Made by a program: the position numbers and the translations under genes
Notes under the pieces: model-generated
Seen by the model: the letters and a program-made list of their open reading frames with translations, nothing else
Databases searched by the model: none
What the model was told of the DNA's origin: nothing
Origin: Mobula hypostoma
Lineage: Eukaryota
Reading direction: 5' to 3'
NCBI RefSeq assembly: GCF_963921235.1
Contig: NC_086097.1
Location: forward strand, 12,586,001-12,650,000
Length of the DNA stretch: 64,000 nucleotides
Part shown: positions 11,641-24,439 of the stretch, in pieces
Numbering within the stretch: position 1 is the first letter of the stretch
Layout of the letters: each line of letters opens with the position of its first letter

Positions 11641-12286
11641 ATTATTTATGTGCTTTGCTTTAGTCGGTCCGAGTGTAACTGTTCACCCTCACACCTCAAT
11701 TGACACCTAGAGATTCAGATATAGAATTGAATATACAGTCAACAGTGATCAATATCCTTATTAGCTTGTTTAGCATTATGTCCAATAGCAGGTTTCTCCC
11801 CCTGTTTTACCATATTAAAGACAATGCTGGATTTTAATGACTTGGCGCACATAGACACGCACATATTTTTGCCAAGTTGGAACTTGTAGCCATTCACTAA
11901 AAAGAGAACTTTGTCTTCTTTGGATCTGGTTAAGCTCCTTCTTCCAGCTCCTTCCTTTCCCAGACAACTGATTTGGAAATACAACATACAGTGTAGATAG
12001 AGTTTGGGCAGAAATCAAAGATTCAAAGTACATTTATAATCAAAGTACGCATGCAGTATACAACCTTGAGATTTATCTACCTGCAGACAGCCACAAAGCA
12101 TAGAAATACAATGGAACCCATTCAAGGAAAACATCAAACGCCCAACTCACAAAAAAAAACAAATTGTGCAAAACTGCAAAATAGGGAGTATTTTGTCTGT
12201 TTTTTTGTTTGTTTTAAAAGGGAAAAAAAGGAAAAAACTGCAAAATAGAAGAGCAATAATACACAGAATATTAAGCATCAAACTGT

Positions 12287-12594
12287 TGAAGGCATCCGTT
12301 AGTCTTGCGAGACCATGGATCTGCGCCTGGAAAGTCTTCACTCTCCAGGGTGCAGGCCTGGGCAGGGTTGTATGGAAGACCAGTAGTTGCCCATGCTGCA
12401 AGTCTCCCCTCTCCATGACACCAATGTTGTCCAAGGGAAGGGCATTAGGACCCATACAGCTTGGCACCAATGTCGTCGCAGAGCAACGTGTGATTAAGTG
12501 CCTTGCTCAAGGACACAACACGTTGCCTCAGCTGGGGCTCTAACTCACGACCTTCAGGTCGCTAGTCCAATGCCTTGACCACGTGCTCACACAT
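12287..12594 (-). mobile_element. tRNA-derived SINE family A, copy 2
   Basis: Reverse-complement match to 9453-9736; TSD GCATCAAACTGT at 12275-12286 and 12595-12606. Confidence 0.9.
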
Positions 12595-13399
12595 GCATCA
12601 AACTGTAGAGTCCTTGAAACAGTCTACGAGTGTTCTGGTTAGTTCAGTTCAGTTCAATTTTGGACTTTGTCGTTCGTTGTCTATAGGTCACAGAGCCAGG
12701 CCATCCCGATCAAAACAACATGAAATAGCAACAGAAAAGAGAAACCAGAAACACACAGAACATGAACTGCAGAACCTTCTAAAGATGTTGTGCTATGTCC
12801 AATGGTTTGTCCAATCTACAAACCATGCCAGTCAAACCTTGGCCAAGATCCAAGGCTCCTGCACCTTGCTCCAGCAGCAGAGAGGGCGACTAGTCAAATG
12901 CAGGCAGATGGAGATTCAAAAATTCAGATGCTGCTGAACACCCACCTATCTTCTGCTGTCATTCTTGCTGATTTCAATCTTGTTTAATGCTTTAATCAGC
13001 GAGTTGGTCGAGAATTGGAGCCCCTCATGGATTCACACTCCACCATTAGGCCGCGTAACCCTTTCACAACTTTGCTCTCAACCACGCTGAATTCCTTTAG
13101 AGACAGCAAAAGCACTCTATTGGCCAGAAAACGCATTATCAAACTGCAAATTACAGGCTCCAATTGCACACAGATTTGTTGCAGATGTATATATAAAAGA
13201 AGAAGAAATAGTTTTGTGCACTGCCTGCAGGACATTGTTATTAGTTGCTGGCATCATCTGCAGCAACATCTTCATTATTACTGGCTCTATATACAGGAAC
13301 TGCCTATCCAATAGTATGATGGGAGTATCTTCTAACTTCTTCCTCTCCCAAACTACTGAATACCATTTGCTAGAGTTTTGCTGACTCATTTGCATTCCA

Positions 13400-13820
13400 A
13401 GTCCTAAAGTAAGAGTGAGGGTCTGTTGACTCCGAGTCAGGGGAACACAGGTAAGCGATGCTGCAAATTGTAACGTCGAAACGGCAAGCTGTTGACCTCC
13501 CCTCTCACTGTGGCAGGAGCGATACCTCTTTCTCCCTCGTTAGTGAGAGAGAGGGCCTGCTGAGAGACTGAAGAGTTGGGCTGGTCAGTAGTTTTTGATG
13601 GACTCCAGGTCGTGGTCTCTGGGGGCTTGCCATTGCTTGCATGGTGGGTAGTGGGTGGGTCTGAAGCTTTGGCTGAAGCAAGGGTGGAGGTTGATGCTTT
13701 AGCTGTTCCTTGTGCATGGGAGGGGGATTTGAGGGTTCTAACATTTTTCTGTCATGAAATCTTTGGGGGGTTTCTCTCTGTTTTGTGAATGTCTGTGAAG
13801 AGTACGGATATCAGGTTGTA
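13400..13820 (+). mobile_element. Non-autonomous retroelement fragment
   Basis: GT-rich body ending ATATCAGGTTGTA, like 1895-2212. Confidence 0.45.
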
Positions 13821-14539
13821 GAACCACTGAAGTTGGTGCTCACATCCTACCATACATCAAAGCTGTGAAACTCCGGCAGAAATCACGGAACTAAATGATG
13901 CTCTTAACCCTGCCTTTAATTATGTGATTCATTAGGAATTTGGTAAAGGGTGCTTGTGATGCAGAAATGAATAAAATTAGCTTAAACCTAAAGGAAAAGA
14001 GGTGGATGCAGACGGACAACGAGGAAATTTCACTCAAGTTGCTTTTACTTAGATGGAGTGAAGTTTGCACTTCAATGAAATTTAATGTTTTGCAGACACC
14101 AGTTGGCAGCAGGTGAATTTTTCTGCACAGTTTGCAAATGCTTGTTAAAAGTTTGAAAGTGGAGTGAGCAGAGGATGAAGATTGTTATCTCACCTCATTT
14201 TCTTTTGCAGCAGGTAGATATAGCACAGAGAGGAGCACAGTTTCTTTAACCCTTTTGCCAGTGTTTTTGTTGACGCCTGGGAGAGTCTCTGCTACATAAA
14301 CAGGCGGAAGAATGAGGGGAAGGCCACTCTAAAGGATGGCTGGTGAGTGTTGTGGATTGCGAACCATACTGTGGTTTTGTGGGGTGGGGGTTGAGGATTC
14401 CGTGTTCCATTCTGTTCGGCCAGTGCTTCTGTCATGCTTTGCTTGCAGATCCAAATGGGTGCTGGATATTCTATCATGGCTGGCACCTGGACATCTGCTC
14501 TACACATCTCGTGTCATGTCTAGATTCTCCAATCCTGAG

Positions 14540-17500
14540 AAAATACTGTCTGCGTTCACTCTATTGATGCATCTCATGATTTTATACCCTTTTATATCAC
14601 TCCTCATTCTTCTTTGCTCCAATGAGTAAAGTCCTAGCCTGCTCAAACACTCTCCACAACTCAGACCCTCAGATTCTGCCAACGTCCTCATAAATTTCAT
14701 CTACATCTTTTCCATAGCTTCATAGACCATAAGACCTCAAAACATAGGAACAGAATCAGGCCATTCAGCTCATCAAGTCTGCTACACCATTCCATCATGG
14801 CTGATTTATTATCCCTCTTAATCCCTGCCTTCTCCATGTAGCTCTTAATGCACTGATTAATCAAAAACTTTTAACAACTTCCACCTTAAATATACCGAAC
14901 TTCTTGGCCTACAGGGACATCTGTGACAATGAATTCCACAGGTTCACCACCTCTTCCCTAAAAAGACTTTTCCTAATCTCTGTTCTCAATGGATTTCTCT
15001 CAATTCTGAGGCTGTTGCCTCCAGTCATAGACTCCCCAGCTATAGGGAACATCCTTTCTATATCCACTCTATCTAGGCCTTTCAACATTCAATAGGTTTC
15101 AATGAGATTACCCCCTCGTTTTTCTAACCCCTGGTGAGTACCAGCCCAGAGCTTTCAAATGCTTACTTCAGTGGGCAAGTTGTTGAAGAGGATCCTGAGA
15201 GGCAGGATTTATGAGCATTTGGAGAGACATAATCTAACTAGGGATAGTCAGCATGGCTTTGTCAAGGGCAGGTCATGCCTAACGAATCTGACTGAATTCT
15301 TTGAGGATGTAGCAAAACACATTGATGAAGGTCGAGCAGTAGATGTAGTGTATATGGATTTCACTAAGGCAGTTGATAAGGTTCCCCATGCAAGACTCAT
15401 TCAGAAAGTAATGAGGCATGGGATCCAAGGAGACCTTGCTTTGTGGATGCAGAATTGGCTTGGCCACAGAAGGCAAAGGGGTGTTGTGGATAGTTTATAT
15501 TTTGCATGGAGGAAGGTGACCAGTGGTGTTCTGCAGGGATCTGTTTTTGGGACCCCTCCTCGTTGTGATTTTTATAAATTGCCTGGATGAGAAAGTAGAA
15601 AGGTGGGTTAGTAAATTTGCTGAAGATACAAAGTTTGAGGATATTGTAGATACTCTGAAGTGTTGTCAGAGGTTTCAACACAACATCAATAGGATGCAGA
15701 ACTGGGTTGACAAGTGGCAGATGGAGTTCAACCCAGATAAGTGTGAAGTGGTTCATTTCAGTAGGTCAAATTTGAGACAGAATATAATATTAATGGTAAG
15801 ACTCTTGGCAGTGTGCAGGATCAGAGCGATCCTGGGGTCCATAACCATAGGATACGCAAAGCTGCTATACAGGTTGACAGTGTTGTTAAGAAGGCGTATG
15901 GGGTGTTGGCCTTTATCAACCGTGGGATTGAGTTCAAGAGCCGTGAGGTAATGTTACAGCTATATAAGACCTCGTTTAGACCCCACTTGGAGTACTGTGT
16001 TCAGTTCTAGTTACCTCATTACAGGAAAGATATGGATACTATAGAGAGAATGCAGAGGAGATTTACAAGGATGTTACCCGGATTGGAGAGCATGCCTTAT
16101 GAGAATAGGTTGAGTGAACTTGGACTTTTCTCCTTGGAGCGACAGAGGATGAGAGGTGACTTGATAGAGGTGTATAAGATGACGAGAGGCACTTATTGTG
16201 TAGATAGTCAGAGGCTTTTTCCCAGGGCTGAAATCGCTAACATGAGGGGGCATAGTTTTAAGGTGCTTGAAGTAGGTACAAGGGGGATATCAGAGGTAAG
16301 TTTTTCACAGACAGGGTGGTGGGTGCGTGGAATGCACTGTCAGTGATGGTGGTAGAGGTGGATACAACAGGGTCTTTTAAGAGACTCTTAGCTCGGTACA
16401 GGGAACTTAGAAAAATAGAGGGCTATGTGGTAGGGAAACCTAGGCAGTTTCTGGAGTAGGTAACATAGTCCGCACAACATTGTGGGCTGAGGGGCCTGTA
16501 ATATGCTGTTGATTTCTATGTTTATATGTCTCTAAATGCTCCTGATATGTTAACCCTTTCATTCCTGGGATCATTCTTGTGAACTTTCTCTGGATCCTCT
16601 CCAATGCCAACACATCTTCACTTAGAAAAGTGAATCCCAAGTCCTTTTGCACTTCTGATTTTTGAATTTTCTCCCCACTTACAAATATTCCACGCTTTTG
16701 TTCCTTCTACCAAAATGCATGACCATACCCTTCCCTGCTTTATATTACCATTTATCACTTCTTCCCCATTCTCCCAATCTGTCCAAGTCCTTCTAATACC
16801 CTGTTCCCTCAACACTATATGCCCCTTCATCTATCTTTGTATCATGTGCAAACTTGGTAACAAAGCCATCAATTTCTTCATCCAAATCATTGTTATATAG
16901 CATGGTTGGCTGCCAGCCCCTGCACTAGATAACCAGAAAACCAACCAGAAAAGCCCCCATTTATTACCACTCTTTGCCTTTTGCCATTCAGTGAATCTTC
17001 TCCTTGATAATAGCACCAAAACGCTCTTCTTCCCCCAACACTTTCACATTTCTAGTATTCTGCTAGTGTCTTCCATGGCCCCTTCCAATCATCTTCGGCC
17101 AGCTTCTCTCTCATGCTTCTGTAATTCCCTTTACTCCATTGTAATACAAATACATACGATTTTAACATCTCCTTTTCAAACTACAGGGTGAATTCTATCA
17201 TATTATGATCACTGTCTCCTAAGGTTTCCCTTGCCTTAAGCTCCCTAATCAAATTTGGGTCATTATATAATACCCAATCCAGAACTGCAATTCCTCTGGT
17301 GGACTCAATCACAAGCTATTCGAGAAAATTATCTCATAGGCATTCTACAATTTCCCTATCTTGGGATCCAGCAACAACCTAATTTTCCCTATCTATCTAC
17401 ACATTGAAATCCCTCATGATTACTGCATCATTGGCCTTTTTACATGCCATTTCTATCTCCCATTGTAACCTGTAGCCCACGCCCTGGCTATTGTTCGGAG

Positions 17501-18040
17501 GCCTGTATATAACTCCCATCAGGGTCTTTTTACACTTAACTCTACCCACAAGGATTCCACATCTTCCAATCCTATGACACCTGTAAGGATTTGGTTTCTT
17601 TTTTTTACCAATAGAGCAAGTGCCTAACTGCCTGTTCTTTCAAATAACATCTTTTCTATAGGGGATGACCAATACTGAACACAATAGTCCAAATGTGATC
17701 TCATTAATATCTTGTACAACTGCAACTTAACATCCGAGCTTCTGTATTCTTTGCTCTGATAGCAGGCCAAAAACTTTTTCCATCACCCTGTCTATTTTCA
17801 GGGAATAATGTGCCAGAGCTCCAATATTACCCCTATTCTAGAACATTCCCCAGTACCCTACCATTCACAGTAGAAGTCCTACCCTCATTTGTCTTTCCAA
17901 AAGGCAACACCTTCCATTTTATGTATTGAACTCCATTTGCCATTCCTTGGCCCACCTGCTCAGCTGATCAAGATCACTTTGTAACTCTTGATAATCTTAT
18001 TCACTGTATATGGCAGCACCTATTTTAATGTCATGGACTT
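14540..18040 (-). mobile_element. Cluster of degenerate CR1 fragments (host element 14720-15163 plus 16534-17645)
   Basis: RLGLYSLEQRRMR and LERIQRKFTRMIPGM motifs; host sequence resumes across the inserted plus-strand CR1. Confidence 0.75.
15164..16533 (+). mobile_element. 5'-truncated CR1 (RT domain pseudogene plus 3' UTR)
   Basis: QHGFVKGRSCLTNL, DFTKAVDKVPH, SKFAEDTK; frameshifted; TSD AAATGCT at 15157-15163 and 16534-16540. Confidence 0.92.
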
Positions 18041-18464
18041 AAGTCACTTCATAGTGATTCCTTTCTTATAATACAATGCAGAGAAATGGATCCCTGGTCA
18101 ACAAGCTGACCTGAACCAAGCTTCATGTTGGACTGTCCTTGGATATTTCTCTCCTTCTCCACACACATTTCCTCCCCCAAATAAACTACGTTAAGTTCCA
18201 GGCTGTACTTCATGGTTGAGCTCGGATTCCAAAAAATAACAACCTTTATTAACAACAATGATAATCCACCTTGATGTGATTTTGCGTTAACCTGGTAACC
18301 AGGTTCAGTAAAATAAAGACGCAGATGGTTTGTTCATGCCAGGTTATGGAACCTCGAAGGCATATCACAAACGGGTAGCTAATTTGCTCATCCATAATTT
18401 TGCCTAGTGTGTCAGCAGTAACTCAGGGGTGACAATCTCTTCTGTGGGCCGAAGTTTTGTGGGA

Positions 18465-18752
18465 TGAGGTCCACTCCAGGAAATGACAGTGTACTGAGTG
18501 TAGTGCAGTCGTGGGAGTACTGAATTTCAGGTGAAATACGTGACCAGATATGACACTGATTCAAAGAAGCACATTGGAGTTTTCCACAATAACCTGGTCA
18601 ATATTTATCACCTTGTCAACATAATTAAAAATGGATCATCTGTTCTTTGTCACATGACTGCTTGTGGCAGCTTGCTGTGTGCAACTTAACTGTTTTTCTT
18701 CCTACTTTACAGCAGTGAAGACAAAGCAAAAATGTTTCATTGTTTCTAAAGC
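18465..18752 (+). mobile_element. Ancient DeuSINE (SacSINE1/AmnSINE1-like) relic
   Basis: GTACTGAG..GTGCAGTCG head and GATCATCTG..TGTGGCAGCTTGCTGTGTGCAA..TCCTAC..ACAGCAGTGA Deu-domain-like motifs, recalled from consensus. Confidence 0.6.
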
Positions 18753-18754
18753 CA

Positions 18755-18930
18755 CAGTAGTGTAGAGTTTAGTGCAATGCTCTTACAACATGGGCCATCA
18801 GAGTTCGGAGTTCAATTCCAACATCGTCTGTGAACGGCTTGTATATCCTTCATTTGGGTTTCCCCCGGGTTCTCTGGTTTCCTCCCATATTGCAAAGTCG
18901 TCCCGAATTGTAGGTTAATTGATCATTGTA
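18755..18930 (+). mobile_element. HE1-like SINE
   Basis: V-core GGGTTTCCCCCGGG..CTCTGGTTTCCTCCCA. Confidence 0.7.
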
Positions 18931-19024
18931 AATAAATAAATATATAAATAGATAGATAAATATTATTTTGGAGTTTTATGAAAAGGAAAAAGAAGTTGGA
19001 GGTAGTTTTAGTAAGAAAATATGG

Positions 19025-19540
19025 AACATCCTTGATTTTATATTTTAGTTCTCTCCAATTGAATGCTAACATTGCATTTGTCTTCCTCACTACTGACTCA
19101 GTCTGTAAGATAACCTTTAGGGAATCTTGCACCAGGACTTCCAAGTCCCTTTGCACTTCTGAATTTTGTCTCTGTTTAGAAAATAGTTTACACCTTCATT
19201 CCTTCTACCAAAGTGCGTGCCCATACACTTCCCTGCACAATATTCCAACTGCCATTTCTTTGCCCATTCTCCCAATCTGCCCAAGTCCTCTGCAGACTGC
19301 TTGCTTCCTCAGCACTACCTGCCCCCACCTTTGTATTGTCTGCAAACTTGGTCACAAAGTTATCAATTCCACCACCCAAGTCATTGACATATAATGTGAA
19401 AAGAAGCGGTCCCAATACAGACTGCTGCAAAATACCATTAGTCACCGGCAGCCAACTAGAATAGGACCCCTTTATTCCAAGTCCTTGCTGTTTGACAATC
19501 AGCCAATCTTCTATCCATACTCATATCTTTCCTGTAATAG
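19025..19540 (-). mobile_element. CR1 RT fragment
   Basis: QQSVLGPLLFTLYVNDL..KFADNTK (ORF 19188-19445). Confidence 0.85.
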
Positions 19541-20279
19541 TAGCTCTATTTCATTGAATGTTTAGATGTCCATTTAATAAATGAAGATAACTTTTAAATG
19601 GTGAACTGATCTATGGATGGTTTCAAGCCTGGCTATGAAAGGATGGTTGAGCATGGAATGAGAAATCCCATTCCTTAAAACTCCAGAGCTACAGAAACGT
19701 CAGCAGAAGCTCCAAAGATGCAATCCCTGAGAAAGGAACGATCTGTCAGCTGTCTATATCCCAGCAGGGGTGATGAGCGTGAATATGTAAATTTAAAACT
19801 TTAGCTTGGATAGGAGGGAAACTGGAAAGAAATTGTATGTTCAAGACTGGGGCAGAGGAAGAGTTGATGAAGACCTGACAGGAACATGAAGAATGATTAA
19901 ATGGATGGTCTCAGTTCAATGATAAAGAAGTCCATAGACTCCTCAAAACCTTTGGAGAATGAATCTTCCTGAAATTATGTTGACGGAATGGCACATTAGT
20001 ACCATGTGCAAAATAATACTTTCTAACCTGCCTGCTTCAACATAGAACACAGATTTCCATAGCTGACAAATATCTAGATATTAATTGGGTGATTGAAAGC
20101 CCCTTTCCGAGTGCTTGAAAGATAAAAGAAAGATATTTCAATCATTGTGAAGTAAAGGTGACAAAGTAGTTAAAGTATTTCAGGAGTTAGTCTTGCATTG
20201 TTTTTTACATTTACATTGAAGCACTGTTTTTCTGTCAAAGTAGCAAATATCAATTCTTGATACTAGTTCCACTAGAGAC

Positions 20280-20510
20280 AGTCACAAGCCCAGGCGAGAA
20301 AGGAATAGAGTTGGGCACCGGGCTAAAGATCCTATCTTGTAATAACCCAGAGCTACGGATATGCCACTGAAGCTCCAAAGACCTCATCCTTGGGAGAGGA
20401 AGGATCTTCACCTAGATGGGTGACCCCTGGGGACAAATTGAAAGACTAGCCAAGTCAGAAGACTCCGGTGAGCTGCCCCTGAAGGGGTGATGGACTTAAG
20501 AAGAAGGTGA
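20280..20510 (+). mobile_element. RTE-related SINE; second copy at about 19620-19780
   Basis: Shared CAAGCC..CCAGAGCTAC..GAAGCTCCAAAGA motif; GAAGAAG tail. Confidence 0.55.
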
Positions 20511-21129
20511 TTCTTGCTCATTTTATTTTTTATATTTTTCATTGTGGATACTTGTTTGTGAAATGAAGAATCAATGGAAATGTGCAACATAGTAAGACCA
20601 CGAGCAGAAACAATATTGTTCGCTTACTTTTCAGCAACTAAATAGCACTGAAATGACTTGGGAACCTCCAGTTATGAGTAGAACTTGAAAAAAAAGAAAT
20701 AAGTCCAGATTGTTATGAGTTTATTCAGATATAGAGAGATACGTCTTATGATACAAACCCACTGAAAAGAATATTGAGTTGAAATTTTATATATTCTGGC
20801 AAACTTAATTAGCATTGAACAGTATATGAGAAAGGAAAGAAGCCCCTAATTTGCTTACTTAAAGTTCAGTTCATTGTGGTTTACCACTCCCACTGGCCTT
20901 GTAGAGTCAGTTATTTATTACTTATTTCTTTCTTGATGCAATGCGGGGTTCAAGCCAGGTTGCACCTGCAACCTCTGACAAAATCAATTAACCCTAACCT
21001 CATCGCAGGACAATTTACAATGACCGATTAACATCACTGCCTCTCAAAGTCCAGCCCTACGCCCCCGTCGTGAGAGGTGGAAATGGTAAGGCCAGCCAGC
21101 AGGGCTCTGGTGAAGCTGTAAACCAATCA

Positions 21130-22135
21130 CAAACAAGAGAAAATCTGCAGGTGCTGGAAATCCAAGCAACACACACAAGATGCTGGAGGAACTCAACAGG
21201 CCATGCAGCATCTATGAAAAAGAGTGAACAGTCAACGTTTTGGGCCAAGATCTTTCAACAGGACTGGATCAAAAAAAAAGATGAGAGGTAGAGTTAACAG
21301 ATAGATTGAGGGGAGGGAGAAACACAAAGCAATAGGTGAAACGATGAGAGGGAGGGAGGGAGGGGTGAAGGAAAGAGCTGGGAAGTTGATTGGTGAAGGA
21401 GATACAGGGTTTTGGTGAAGGCCAAGAAAGAAAAGGGGGTAGGAGCACCAGAGGGAGGCAATAGGAAATAAGGTGAGAGAAGGAAATGGGGATGGGGAAT
21501 ATATGAAGGAAGGGGGCGGGGCTATTACCGGAAGTTCGAGAAATTGAAGTCCATGCCATCAGGTTGGAGGCCTCCCAGACGGAATATAAGGTGTTGTTCC
21601 TCCATCCTGAGTGTGGCCTCATCATGACATGGAGGAGGGCATGGATAGACATATGGGAATGGGAATAGAAAGTGGAATTAAAATGGGTGGCCACTGGGCG
21701 ATCCTGCTTTTTCTAGCGGATGGAGCATTGGTGCTTGGCGAAACAGTCCCCCCACCTTGTTCACCATTCCCCATCCCCTTTTCCCTCTCTCACCTTATCT
21801 CCTTGCCTACCCATCACCTCCCTCTGGTGCTCCTTCCCCCTATTCTTTTTTCTCCCCTTTCTTCCAAGGCCTTCTGTCATCTCCTATCAGATTCTCCTTC
21901 TCCAGCCCTGTATCTCTTTCACCAATCAACTTCCCACCTCTTCACCCCTCCCCCTCCTGGTATCACCTATCACCTCGTATTTCGCCTTCCCCTCCCCCAC
22001 ATTTTACCTCTACCCATCATCTTTTTTTTCCCAGTACTGCTGAAGGGTCTCGGCCTGAAACGTCGACTGTACCCTTTTCCATAGACGCTGCCCTGCCTGG
22101 CCTGCTGAGTTCCTCCAACATGTTGTGTGTGTTGT
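21130..22135 (-). mobile_element. Penelope-like element 3' end (GIY-YIG C-terminus plus pLTR) with an inverted second pLTR
   Basis: Minus strand encodes VATHFNS..HSHMS..EEQHLIFRLG.LQPDG; 21160-21268 is the inverse of 22030-22135; hammerhead motif at 22032-22069. Confidence 0.8.
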
Positions 22136-22274
22136 GTGGTGAAGCTGTACAGGCCAATTTCCTGTACAGTGGATTACAGAAACATTGATGAACTCCAACC
22201 ACAACATCGACTTTAGTGGGCGGTGGAGACGAGCAGTCATCAATGGCCTTCACTCCACTGGGAGCTAAAAGCCC

Positions 22275-22470
22275 AAGAAGAAAAAGATTAATTTACCTAG
22301 TGCATCTTTGGACTGTGCAAGGAAACTGTAGCACCTGGGGAAAATCCACACATTTCACACAGAGGATGCACAGACTCCTTACAGGCGGCATTGGAATTGA
22401 TCTCTGAACTCTGGAACACCCCTAGCTATGATAGTGTTCCATTAACCTCTATGCTACCATGGCACCCATG
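22275..22470 (-). mobile_element. HE1-like SINE
   Basis: Reverse V-core TCTTTGGACTGTG..GGAAAC..GCACC. Confidence 0.65.
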
Positions 22471-22727
22471 GACAGTTTCCCATGGATTTGTCATGAGTTG
22501 CTTCCAGAATGATTACTTTAAGTTTATGTGATACAGAGTAACAATTTGGCAGTAGTCCCACTGGCTAGGCCATCAAGGAATGGACCTGATCACATCTTCC
22601 CATCTCATGTTGGGTTGCTTGAGGCACAGCATGTGAAAGCACCCCTCCAAAGACTCTATTGTGCTAAAAAAGGGATTCAAAATACTTCAAAGACAGGACT
22701 GTCAGCACCTATGAATAAGCTCCATAT

Positions 22728-23230
22728 AAAGAGTTATAGAGCACTACAGCACAGAAACAGGCCCATGTAGTCTGCACCAAACCGTTACTGTCTGGTTCCA
22801 TTAATCCCCAACTGGACCATACCCTTCAAACCCTTCCCATCCATATCCTTACACAAATTTCTCTTAAATCTTGCAATTGAACACACATCCACTACTTCCA
22901 CTTGCAGCTCTTTACAGTCTCACACAACCTTCTGAGCAAAAAAGTTCTTCCTCAGATTCCTCTTGATTTCACCTTTCACTGTTAACCTATGATCTCTAGT
23001 TCGAGTCTCACCCAACTTCAGTGGAAAAAATCTGCTTGCATTAGTCCTATCTAGCCTCTCATAATTTTGTATACCTCTGTCAAATCTCCCCTCATTCTCC
23101 TTCACTCCAGGGAAAAAAAATCCTGACCTATTCAGCCTGTCCCCGTAACTCAGATCTTCAAATCCTGGCAACATCCTTGTAAATTTTCTCTGAATTCTTT
23201 CAACCTTATTGACATCTTTACTGCAGATAT
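22728..23230 (-). mobile_element. CR1 3' fragment
   Basis: MLPGFEDLSYGDRLNR..TRTRDHRL motif and tail. Confidence 0.8.
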
Positions 23231-23304
23231 GATGGACACCTGAAATTTTAGATTGCTTCTTTTCCCAGATACTGATTGAATTGCTGAATAGGTTTTAAAT
23301 TCAT

Positions 23305-23915
23305 TTATTTTTATTTATTTAAAGATACAGCATGAATAACTCTTCTGGCTAAATGAGCTGCACACCCAGCAACCCTCCTATTTAGTGCTAGCCTAATCCC
23401 AGGACAATTTACAATGACCATTCCATTAGTGTCATGAGACCATGGATTTGCGACTTGGAAGGTTTCCATGATGCAGGCCTGGGCAAGGTTGTATGGAAGA
23501 CCAGCATGCTGCAAGGTTGTATGGAAGACCCCATGCTGCAAGTCTCCCCTCTCCACGCCACCGATGTTGTCCAAGGGAAGGGCACTAGGGCCGATACAGC
23601 TTGGCACTGGTTTTGTCGCAGAGCAATATGTGGTTAAGTGCCTTGCTCAAGGACACACACGCTGCCTCAGCCAAGGCTCGAACTAGTGACCTTCAAATCA
23701 CCAGACGAACGCCTTAACCACTTGACCACAATGACCAATTAACTTACTAACCAGTACATCTTTGGACTGCGGAAGGAAACCAAAGCACCTGGAGAAAACT
23801 CACGTGCACATGAGAAGAACTTACAAACTTTCTCACAGAGGATACCAGAATTGAACTCCCAACACCAATGCCCCAAGCTGTAATAGGGATGCATGCTACA
23901 CTACTGTGGCACCCT
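23305..23915 (-). mobile_element. HE1-like SINE interrupted by SINE family A
   Basis: The two halves join across the TSD ACAATGACCA. Confidence 0.7.
23421..23727 (-). mobile_element. tRNA-derived SINE family A, copy 3
   Basis: TSD ACAATGACCA at 23411-23420 and 23728-23737; internal ~28-bp tandem duplication. Confidence 0.88.
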
Positions 23916-24206
23916 AATTTTACAGGATGGGTCAGAACTTACAGCCCTTCTCTGACTGCCTTTGGGATGGTGGTCATGGTGATCTGAACAATAACAATTC
24001 TCTCTGATGAGAATGGTATCACATGCTAATTCTAGGTATGAAATAATGCCACCATGAAAGTACACTGATCTATTCTTGAGACAGGCTGGTTTGTGACCTC
24101 CAGCATAATTTGCCGAAGGCTATCCCAGAGGTACTGCAAGTAATCAGAAAGGCTAACTGAATGTTATCATTTTACGCTAGGGGATCTAAATCAAAACCAG
24201 GGAGAA

Positions 24207-24420
24207 ATAAGATGCTGCAGATGCTGGAATCCAGAGTAACACACTGACAGTGCTGGAGGAAATCAGCAGGTCAGACAGCATCTATTGAAATGAACATACA
24301 ATCAGTGTTTCAAGGCTTCAGGACCTAATGAAGGGTCTCAGCCTGAAATGTCAACTGCTGATTCATTTCCATAGTTGCTGTCTGACCTGCTGAGTTCCTC
24401 CAGCATTTTGTATGTGTTGC
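24207..24420. mobile_element. Penelope-derived fold-back element with a decayed hammerhead between the arms
   Basis: Arms 24236-24293 and 24362-24420 are reverse complements; CTAATGAAGGGTCTCAGCCTGAAATGTC lies between them. Confidence 0.75.
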
Positions 24421-24439
24421 AGCAAACAATATATTGGAG

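Noticed and set aside
14096..14112. Possible 17-nt plus-strand exon
   Set aside because: Donor GTGAAT is mediocre and such pairs occur by chance
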